DNA of 6,121 nt, from positions 1 to 6,121 of the forward strand of contig CAZMCX010000034.1 of the NCBI GenBank assembly GCA_964565125.1, read 5' to 3'. Below, in pieces: positions 1 through 5,796 of the stretch; within the stretch, counting starts at the first letter, position 1; every line of letters starts with the position of its first letter. Under the pieces are notes generated by a model that was not told the DNA's origin, searched no databases, and saw only the letters and a list, made by a program, of their open reading frames with translations. The DNA is from an uncultured archaeon (GTDB lineage: Archaea; Iainarchaeota; Iainarchaeia; Iainarchaeales; 0-14-0-20-30-16). The position numbers and the translations under genes were made by a program.

Positions 1-84
1 GGTTGTGTTAATCAATCTGCTGAATTGTCCCAAGTTAAAGTCTTTAAAAATTGGGCGATTGCTGATGTGAGATTGCTGATGTGA
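1..84 (+). CDS. Open reading frame entering from the left edge (frame 1). It is either the 3' end of an upstream gene or the 5' part of a gene disrupted by the 14-bp duplication and continuing into 81..629.
   Basis: Frame 1 is open from nt 1 (GCVNQSAELSQVKVFKNWAIADVRLLM) to TGA at 82-84. Third-codon positions are A/T in 17 of 23 codons by hand count, against 11 of 22 for frame 2, which is also open. This fits the A/T3 bias of the clear genes here. Only 27 codons are visible, so no family call is possible. Confidence 0.35.
   Translation, partial: GCVNQSAELSQVKVFKNWAIADVRLLM
57..84. repeat. Perfect 14-bp tandem duplication, GATTGCTGATGTGA x2 (57-70 and 71-84)
   Basis: Read directly from the sequence; the two copies are identical and adjacent. 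The second copy contains both the TGA that closes frame 1 (82-84) and the GTG (81-83) that the ORF track uses as the start of 81..629. Confidence 0.95.
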
Positions 85-629
85 ATCTGAAAAGTCAATA
101 TCAACAGGAAGGGGCTTATGTAAGAGATATACCTTCCCTTTCAGAAACTTTTTTTGATGTTGCTTTGAAGAATTTTGTAGTTAGTGAAAAAGAAGTATGT
201 ATATCTAAGAATAACGCCCTGTGTAAGGAAAAAATCCACGGATTTAAACTGAGTTTTGATGTTGAAGTTTTTGGAATAAAGTTGCCAAGTGGATATTTAC
301 ATTTTGATGCAAACAACAAAATAGTCAAGTATAAAGGTCCAATAATTGACATAACAAGCATTTTATCTGAAGCAGAGGCACGTTCTTTAGTAGAAAACTC
401 TGAAGATTGTATTAGTAAACATGGGGTCCTTTCAGTTAGTTCAGAAAGTGGCTGGGTGTTTGGGTATGGAAATATGAATAAGTATAAAGACGCAAGTCAT
501 GTTGAATGGGCATTTAAGCTTTTAGGTAAATCAAATGAATTTAAAGGAATTTGTTATGTGGATGCAGTTACAAGCCAAACTTCGTATGAATTAGTTACTG
601 TGCCGTTGGATTCAACACCGCCTATTTAA
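81..629 (+). CDS. Hypothetical protein, possibly with two PepSY-like repeats. The start is uncertain: GTG at 81, or a continuation of the upstream frame.
   Basis: A 182-codon ORF with A/T-rich third positions and a TAA stop at 627-629. There is no in-frame ATG near the 5' end. Two segments resemble the PepSY pattern of a helix followed by a beta hairpin ending in xDAxTGx-like sequence: ...GYLHFDANNKIVKYKG and LSEAEARSLVEN...GICYVDAVTSQTSYELV. This resemblance was judged by eye only. Confidence 0.55.
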   Translation: MNLKSQYQQEGAYVRDIPSLSETFFDVALKNFVVSEKEVCISKNNALCKEKIHGFKLSFDVEVFGIKLPSGYLHFDANNKIVKYKGPIIDITSILSEAEARSLVENSEDCISKHGVLSVSSESGWVFGYGNMNKYKDASHVEWAFKLLGKSNEFKGICYVDAVTSQTSYELVTVPLDSTPPI

Positions 630-644
630 TCCTTTTATGGCCCG

Positions 645-669
645 GATCTTTTATCTTGATCTTTATCTT
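645..669. repeat. Imperfect tandem direct repeat, GATCTTTTATCTT / GATCTTTATCTT, in the convergent intergenic region
   Basis: Copy 1 is at 645-657 and copy 2 at 658-669, differing by one T. The repeat lies 16 nt after the TAA of ORF 81..629 and supplies oligo-T tracts on the plus strand. Such tracts would suit archaeal-type oligo-T termination, but that function is not demonstrated. Confidence 0.6.
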
Positions 670-711
670 TCTTTGAGTTATTTAAAACCGGATAATTACA
701 ATACAAAGCCC

Positions 712-1719
712 TTATTTTTTTAAATATAAGAACCCAGCAATAAGCAAAGGGAAAGTAATAGAACAATCTCCGACTACTTTGATGGTCTTGGCATCTCCTT
801 TTATCTTGCCCCAAGACTTTGCTTCTTCTGGATTTGCGCCTGCATTGCTGCCTTCATATTCTTGGGCAGTAGTTAGGTATATTGCATAGTCTGTCCCTTC
901 TCTAAAAAGATTAGCATTTGCAATTGCGTGCTTTGGAACTGAACCGCCTAAAGCTATGATCCCAGTTTTTTCCGCGTTTATTGCTATTTTATTTAGCTTA
1001 TAAACTTCATCACTCATATCAATGAACATGTCTTGGTGTTGCTGCTTGAAAAAGAAAAATACATCCCCAAAAGAGCCATCAGTTAAAGCTGGACAGAATA
1101 GTGGAATATTGTTTTTGTATGCCCAATAACAAATTGATTCTTCTTTGTTTGGAAGTTTTTCAACTTCTTTCCCTAATTCATAACAAAGCTCAGTAGTAGT
1201 TATGATTTTTCCAGTTTCTTTTTGTTTTTTGTAAAGCCTTTGTAAAAAAACATTAATGAATTTTTCAAATTTAATGTATCTGCTATTTGGAATATAAAGA
1301 TTTCCAGTTCGGTTTATTCCTTTGTTTCTTAAAACCTTGCCGCTTGCATTATAGTCCCCCAAAAAATAAGGTCCAAATAGTTTTAGAACATCTTCTTCTA
1401 GACCCCCCGCAGTAGTAACAAGAACATCAACAATCTTGTTTTTTGTTAGATAACAAATAACTTCTCTTAATCCGCAACTAACCATATTTGAGGTGTATCC
1501 AAAAAAGATTGTAACTTTGTTTTCCCTCATTTTTTTGAAGATTTGTATTGCAGTATAAAGTTCTGTGGCTTGGAATCCAGTTTTTTGTAAACTGTTAAAA
1601 AATTCAGAAAGATCAAATTTTTTGCTAAAGTCAAAACCTTTAACTTCTACTTGTCCCTTTCCTTTTATTTCAATGCTTTTTTTGTATACCGAACTTCGTG
1701 CCTTTTTCACTTTATCCAT
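712..1719 (-). CDS. dys: Deoxyhypusine synthase
   Basis: Strong motif match to the DHS family: TGFQATELYTAIQIF near the N-terminus, GYTSNMVSCGLRE, VDVLVTTAGGLEEDVLK (NAD-binding core), and the C-terminal NPEEAKSWGKIKGDAKTIKVVGDCSITFPLL. That last segment contains the SWGKI lysine equivalent to the catalytic Lys of human DHS. I place the start at ATG 1719-1717 rather than the track's TTG at 1731, because GGGTG sits 5 nt upstream of that ATG. The TAA stop is at 714-712. Confidence 0.92.
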   Translation of the reverse strand: MDKVKKARSSVYKKSIEIKGKGQVEVKGFDFSKKFDLSEFFNSLQKTGFQATELYTAIQIFKKMRENKVTIFFGYTSNMVSCGLREVICYLTKNKIVDVLVTTAGGLEEDVLKLFGPYFLGDYNASGKVLRNKGINRTGNLYIPNSRYIKFEKFINVFLQRLYKKQKETGKIITTTELCYELGKEVEKLPNKEESICYWAYKNNIPLFCPALTDGSFGDVFFFFKQQHQDMFIDMSDEVYKLNKIAINAEKTGIIALGGSVPKHAIANANLFREGTDYAIYLTTAQEYEGSNAGANPEEAKSWGKIKGDAKTIKVVGDCSITFPLLIAGFLYLKK

Positions 1720-1724
1720 TTTAA

Positions 1725-1729
1725 CACCC
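1725..1729 (-). promoter_or_regulatory. Shine-Dalgarno-like GGGTG in the 12-nt ileS-dys spacer
   Basis: The minus strand reads TAA TTGGGTGTTAAA ATG. GGGTG lies 5 nt upstream of the dys ATG and is complementary to the conserved CACC(UCC) at the 16S 3' end. Similar GGTGA-type motifs precede two other genes in this window. Confidence 0.5.
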
Positions 1730-1731
1730 AA

Positions 1732-4572
1732 TTATTTTGAAAAACCAATCTTTACTTTTTCTTTATCGATTATGAATTCTTTTGATTTCTCGCAAGATCT
1801 AAATTCTAATTTATCTGCCTGGACAGAATCCATAATACTTTGCTTGAATCTTTCTGCGCTCTTTTTTATTAAGTCTGAACTTGCCTCTATACAAAGCTCA
1901 ATTTTATCTTTTAGAGTTAGGTTCTCTTGTTTTCGTAATTCATTTATATTTCTTATTAGCTCTCTTGAAATTCTTTCTTGTAGAAGCCCAGGAGTTATTT
2001 TTGTGTCTAATTCCATCTTTACTTCTTTCCCTGCTTTTAGTTTTATTTCTTTAACATTTAATTCGTCTTTTATTAAATCAAGATACTCTGTTTCTAGCTT
2101 TGCCCCCAAGATTGTTAGAGTAGCTAGTGGCTGTTTTATTGGGATCTTTGCAACCTCTCTTTCGCTTAGGGCCTTGCTTACTAGATCTCTTGTCAAATCC
2201 ATGTTTTTCATAATCTCTTGATCTATTGCTTTGGAGTTTGATTTTGGCCATAATTCAAGATGTACAGATTCCTCTAGCTTGTGGCCTTTCATAAGTGCCT
2301 GGTGCACATCTTCAGCAATGAATGGCGTTATTGGTGCTATTACCAATGAAAGATTTCTTAAAGCATAGCCCAAAGTGTTTATTGCTGCTTGCTTGTTTTT
2401 TAGATCTTTGCCTTTGAATCTGTCTCTGCTTCTTCTTACATACCATGTAGATAGTTCTCCAATGTAATCTAAGATTTTTGCACAAGCATTTACTGTGTCA
2501 TAATTATCTAAGCTTTCTGTGACATCTTTTATCAGCTTGTTTGTTTTGCTTATTAACCAGATATCAAGCAAGTTTTTTGATTTTGTGTTATCAAGTTCTC
2601 CTTTTCCATCATTGAATAATTCGTAAAAAGATTTTATATTTGAAAGAAGCCCATAAACCTTTCTGTTTATATCTTTCAAAACTTCCTCGTTAAAATTAAT
2701 ATCTTCCCCGTTCATAACTGGGTTTGACATTAAGTAGAATCTTAAAGAATCCGCCCCGAATTTGTCAAACATTAGGCTTGGATCTGGGAAGTTGTTCTTT
2801 GATTTTGACATCTTTTGTCCATCTGAAGCCAATATATTTCCAGTAACAACTACGTGCTGGAATGGTGCGTGGTCAAATAGCAGAACACCAAGAACATGCA
2901 TGTAATAAAACCAAGTTCTTACCTGTGCAACATATTCTGAAACAAAGTCTGCAGGGAAAATAGAATCAAACTTTTCTTTGTTTTCAAAAGGATAATGCTT
3001 TGAAGCATAAGGCATTGCTCCAGATTCCATCCAGCAGTCTAGAACTTCTGGAATCCTTTCCATTTTCTTTCCACACTTTTCACATTTTAAGTGGATGTTG
3101 TCTACAATGTGCTTATGTAAATCTAGATCCTTTGGAACTTTTTCTATTGCTGACTTACTTAGTTCTTCGATACTCCCAATTATTTTTTGGTTTCCGCAGC
3201 TACATTTCCAAACAGGTATTGCTGTTGCCCAGTATCTGTTTCTTGCAATACACCAATCTGGCGCTGTTTTTACTATGTTTAAGAATCTCTTTTCCATTTT
3301 TGATGCAGGATGCCATTTGATTTCTTTCCCTCTTTTTAGAATTTCTTTCTTTATTTTTGTGATATCTATAAACCAGGATGCTACTGCGTTATAGATCAAA
3401 GGGGTATTACATCTGTAGCAGAAAGGATATGAATGTGTGTAGTTTTCTGTACTGAAAGTTACTCCTCTGTTGTCTAAATCTTCTAATACTTTTTTGTCAA
3501 CTTCTTTGAACCACATTCCAAGCCATTCTTTTGGGCCTGCTACTAAAGTTCCATTGTTCCCAATGTGTTGAAATATTGGAAGTTTGTATTTTTTGATCAT
3601 TTCATAATCGAATTCACCATATGTTGCCATGTGAACTATTCCGGTTCCATCTTCTGATGTAACTTCGTTTCCACCGGCAATTACATAGTGGCCTTTGTTT
3701 TTTGTTTCTAAAGAATAAAGTGGAAGGTAATTTTTTCCAACTAGTTTTGAGCCTTTGAACTCTTCCAAGATCTTGTAAGTTTTGTTCTTGAAAACTTCTT
3801 TTAGCCTGTCTTTTATTAAAATGTATTTCTCTGTTCCGGATTCTACTTTAACATAAGTTAGGTTTTCATTTACTGCTAATGCTGCATTTCCTATTAAAGT
3901 CCAGGGGGTTGTAGTCCATGCTAAGAAGTAAGTGCCTTTTTCATCTTTTAGCTCGAACTTTGTGGTAATTGTTTTTTCAGTAATGTCTTTGTAAGAATTG
4001 TCCATATCAATTTCTGCGTTTGCTATTGGTGTCTGGCATCTTGGGCAATACATTAGAACTTTCTTGCCTTCGTATACATAACCCTTGTCATGCAATGTCT
4101 TGAATATCCACCACACAGTTTCCATATAACTTGAATCCATTGTTTTGTAAGAATTATCAAATTCAATCCATTTTCCCATTCTCTTTACTGTTTTTTTCCA
4201 TTCGTTTATGAATCCGAAAACTTTAGATCTACAGAATTCATTGAATTTATCTATTCCCATCTCTTCGATCTGCTTCTTGTTCTTTATCCCAAGCTCTTTT
4301 TCAGCGATGTTTTCTATAGGTAGCCCGTGGCAATCCCAGCCCCACCTTCGCTCTACCCTAAATCCCTTCATGGTCCAGTATCTAGGGAACAGGTCTTTAC
4401 TTGTTAGTCCAAGGATGTGCCCATAGTGCGGGGTCCCAGTTGCAAAAGGTGGGCCATCATAGAAAATGTATTCCTTGTCCTTTGGCCTTCTTTCAACGGA
4501 TTTCTCGAAGGTTTTGTTCTCTTCCCAGAACTTCCCTATTTTGTTTTCCAAATCAACATGCCCTATTCCCAT
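1732..4572 (-). CDS. ileS: Isoleucyl-tRNA synthetase (class I; eukaryote-like / type 2 signature)
   Basis: It carries the HIGH motif PPFATGTPHYGHIL, the KMSKS motif GQKMSKSKNNFPDP, and WGWDCHGLPIE. It also has the CP1 editing-domain Thr-rich peptide WTTTPWTLIGNAA and Cys pairs CPRCQTP / CYRCNTP. The start is set at ATG 4572-4570 (MGIGHVDLENKIGKFWEE...) rather than the track's TTG at 4599. The nine extra codons are a TATATATATTTT tract that looks like promoter sequence, not coding. The TAA stop is at 1734-1732. Confidence 0.95.
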   Translation of the reverse strand: MGIGHVDLENKIGKFWEENKTFEKSVERRPKDKEYIFYDGPPFATGTPHYGHILGLTSKDLFPRYWTMKGFRVERRWGWDCHGLPIENIAEKELGIKNKKQIEEMGIDKFNEFCRSKVFGFINEWKKTVKRMGKWIEFDNSYKTMDSSYMETVWWIFKTLHDKGYVYEGKKVLMYCPRCQTPIANAEIDMDNSYKDITEKTITTKFELKDEKGTYFLAWTTTPWTLIGNAALAVNENLTYVKVESGTEKYILIKDRLKEVFKNKTYKILEEFKGSKLVGKNYLPLYSLETKNKGHYVIAGGNEVTSEDGTGIVHMATYGEFDYEMIKKYKLPIFQHIGNNGTLVAGPKEWLGMWFKEVDKKVLEDLDNRGVTFSTENYTHSYPFCYRCNTPLIYNAVASWFIDITKIKKEILKRGKEIKWHPASKMEKRFLNIVKTAPDWCIARNRYWATAIPVWKCSCGNQKIIGSIEELSKSAIEKVPKDLDLHKHIVDNIHLKCEKCGKKMERIPEVLDCWMESGAMPYASKHYPFENKEKFDSIFPADFVSEYVAQVRTWFYYMHVLGVLLFDHAPFQHVVVTGNILASDGQKMSKSKNNFPDPSLMFDKFGADSLRFYLMSNPVMNGEDINFNEEVLKDINRKVYGLLSNIKSFYELFNDGKGELDNTKSKNLLDIWLISKTNKLIKDVTESLDNYDTVNACAKILDYIGELSTWYVRRSRDRFKGKDLKNKQAAINTLGYALRNLSLVIAPITPFIAEDVHQALMKGHKLEESVHLELWPKSNSKAIDQEIMKNMDLTRDLVSKALSEREVAKIPIKQPLATLTILGAKLETEYLDLIKDELNVKEIKLKAGKEVKMELDTKITPGLLQERISRELIRNINELRKQENLTLKDKIELCIEASSDLIKKSAERFKQSIMDSVQADKLEFRSCEKSKEFIIDKEKVKIGFSK

Positions 4573-4692
4573 TATTACCACATCAAAATATATATACAAG
4601 TAGAAATTATATAGTTATTATTGAGTTGATTCTTTTATAAATCTTGTGGCATATAGATTGTAATTTTTCTTACAAATTGGGGTGAATATAAT
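4573..4692. promoter_or_regulatory. Divergent promoter region between ileS (-) and the 4693 cassette (+), with several TATA-like elements
   Basis: This very AT-rich 120-nt spacer separates divergent genes. TATA-like octamers include TTTATAAA on the plus strand (4634-4641, about 55 nt before ATG 4693). On the minus strand there are TATATATA (4596-4589) and TATATAAT-like sequence around 4613-4606, upstream of the ileS ATG. Which ones are functional cannot be decided from sequence. Confidence 0.4.
4679..4685 (+). promoter_or_regulatory. Shine-Dalgarno-like GGGGTGA upstream of ORF 4693
   Basis: GGGGTGA is followed by a 7-nt spacer (ATATAAT) and then ATG at 4693. Confidence 0.55.
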
Positions 4693-5124
4693 ATGGTTGA
4701 AGAAATACAATTCATAGCTAACTGTAAGGGTTGGCAAGCAATTAAGAAACTAAAAATAGCTGATAATGTGCCTCCAATAGATGTAGCTGATTTTTTGGCA
4801 TCTATCTCGCTTAGCTTTGATAACAAATTATTTGAATATGTTGGAAAAATTGTGGATATTAAGCAATTAGATGACTTTTCAGCTAAATTAGTTTCTGGAA
4901 AGCTTAAGAAAGAGGAAGATTTTGCCTTAGTTTTGAAAGAAATAACTGGAGTAAATGCCTCAAAACTTATAAATTCTTTAATCCCTGTAACAGCAGACAA
5001 TAAAACCAAAGATAAACTTAAGGAGTATATGAAAGTCTATCTTCTGAGGAAGATCCTAAAAGTTGGGAATTTAACAGTAGATTATTCAGGAGTTCCAATA
5101 CCGATAAATAAAGATAAGAAGTGA
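4693..5124 (+). CDS. Hypothetical protein (143 aa), no family recognised
   Basis: It has an ATG start with a strong upstream GGGGTGA, A/T-biased third positions throughout, and a TGA stop only 6 nt before the next ATG. The segment LKEITGVNASKLINSL loosely resembles a helix-hairpin-helix motif (h-x-x-h-x-G-h-x-x-x-x-h). That is a weak by-eye impression, not a call. Confidence 0.6.
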   Translation: MVEEIQFIANCKGWQAIKKLKIADNVPPIDVADFLASISLSFDNKLFEYVGKIVDIKQLDDFSAKLVSGKLKKEEDFALVLKEITGVNASKLINSLIPVTADNKTKDKLKEYMKVYLLRKILKVGNLTVDYSGVPIPINKDKK

Positions 5125-5130
5125 TTTTTT

Positions 5131-5490
5131 ATGGCTGTAGAACCAAGAAGAGTAATGGAACATAAATTTAAAAAGCAAGAGCGACCAATAGAAAGACCCC
5201 TTATAGCGCCACAAGATTTGAGAGTTCATAGGTTTATTAATTCTTCAAATGGTTTGGCGGAGATAAAGAGATTAAAATTGGCCTTAAGGCCTGCTCTGGA
5301 AATAAGGAATAGAGCCCACAGAAAAATACTAGTAAAACTTCAACAGCAATTAGAAAAAATTGAGTCAGAATTTAATGAAATAAAACGGGGTGCAAAAGTA
5401 CCTCAAAAATATGACTTGGCAACTAGGCAAGTAACCTTGCGGGCAATAAGGCAAATTCTTTTAAGGAAAAAACTTATAGGCGACCAATAA
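5131..5490 (+). CDS. Hypothetical, strongly basic, predicted helical / coiled-coil-like protein (119 aa)
   Basis: ATG lies 6 nt after the upstream stop, which suggests co-transcription and coupled translation. By hand count it has about 29 K/R against 13 D/E. The stretch KILVKLQQQLEKIESEFNEIKRG looks heptad-like. No family was recognised. Confidence 0.55.
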   Translation: MAVEPRRVMEHKFKKQERPIERPLIAPQDLRVHRFINSSNGLAEIKRLKLALRPALEIRNRAHRKILVKLQQQLEKIESEFNEIKRGAKVPQKYDLATRQVTLRAIRQILLRKKLIGDQ

Positions 5491-5497
5491 GTGGATT

Positions 5498-5516
5498 TTG
5501 TGCATATTCTGCACAA
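5498..5516. promoter_or_regulatory. Perfect inverted repeat TTGTGCA-N5-TGCACAA. It is a candidate operator for the downstream RHH protein, or an intercistronic hairpin.
   Basis: The 7-bp arms at 5498-5504 and 5510-5516 are exact reverse complements with a 5-nt spacer. The repeat lies 8 nt after the stop of ORF 5131..5490 and 23 nt before the RHH ATG. RHH repressors typically bind palindromic or repeated operators in their own upstream regions. The repeat itself is certain; its function is inferred. Confidence 0.5.
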
Positions 5517-5527
5517 TATTAGTATGT

Positions 5528-5532
5528 GGTGA
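5528..5532 (+). promoter_or_regulatory. Shine-Dalgarno-like GGTGA upstream of the RHH gene
   Basis: GGTGA is followed by a 6-nt spacer (GCGATT) and then ATG at 5539. Confidence 0.55.
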
Positions 5533-5538
5533 GCGATT

Positions 5539-5724
5539 ATGAATTTGAATGTTAGCCTTGGAGAATATTTAGAAAAAATAATAACTAGGGCAATAGAAAA
5601 AGGTCTTGCAAAAACAAAAACTCAGGTAATAAGGCTTGCAATATTACACTTTGGAAAAGAGTATGGCTTGAATGAGCCAAGTTTAGAAGAATCAAAGAAA
5701 AGTAAGGTTTATAAATCTCTTTAG
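5539..5724 (+). CDS. Ribbon-helix-helix (CopG/Arc/MetJ-like) DNA-binding protein, antitoxin-like
   Basis: The 61-aa protein fits the RHH layout. It has an N-terminal beta strand (NLNVSL), helix 1 (GEYLEKIITRAIEKG), the G-x-x-[KR]-[ST] turn (GLAKTKTQ), and helix 2 (VIRLAILHF). A short charged tail follows (NEPSLEESKKSKVYKSL). It has an SD-like motif and an upstream palindrome. This was judged by eye from the pattern only. Confidence 0.62.
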   Translation: MNLNVSLGEYLEKIITRAIEKGLAKTKTQVIRLAILHFGKEYGLNEPSLEESKKSKVYKSL

Positions 5725-5796
5725 CCATAGTAATATTAAAATGAGCCCCAGTGATCTAGTAATGGGTCGCTGGATGATTCTATTTATAGTGGTTTC

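Noticed and set aside
116-361. 81-aa minus-strand ORF
   Set aside because: It lies antisense inside ORF 81..629. The plus-strand frame is longer and has better third-position A/T bias and a more protein-like composition.
1565-2221. 218-aa plus-strand ORF spanning the dys/ileS junction
   Set aside because: It is entirely antisense to two strongly supported genes. Its F/S/L/I-rich low-complexity composition is what the reverse strand of AT-rich coding sequence produces, and I see no start context or recognisable motif.
3000-3394. Two overlapping plus-strand ORFs (3000..3320 and 3095..3394)
   Set aside because: Both are antisense to the conserved core of ileS. They overlap each other in different frames and have hydrophobic low-complexity translations, so they are shadow ORFs.
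4208-4640. Plus-strand ORFs 4208..4426, 4401..4640 and 4417..4614
   Set aside because: They are antisense to the HIGH-motif region of ileS and mutually overlapping, with no supporting signals.
4635-5009. 124-aa minus-strand ORF overlapping ORF 4693..5124
   Set aside because: The plus-strand ORF has an ATG with a strong GGGGTGA motif and is tightly coupled to the next gene. The minus-strand translation is S/L/F/I-rich and would have to start inside the opposite gene.
5744-5771. Possible hairpin GCCCCA...TGGGTC between the RHH and NYN genes
   Set aside because: It has only about 4 contiguous base pairs plus a mismatch, with a 12-nt loop. That is too weak to call a terminator or structured RNA.
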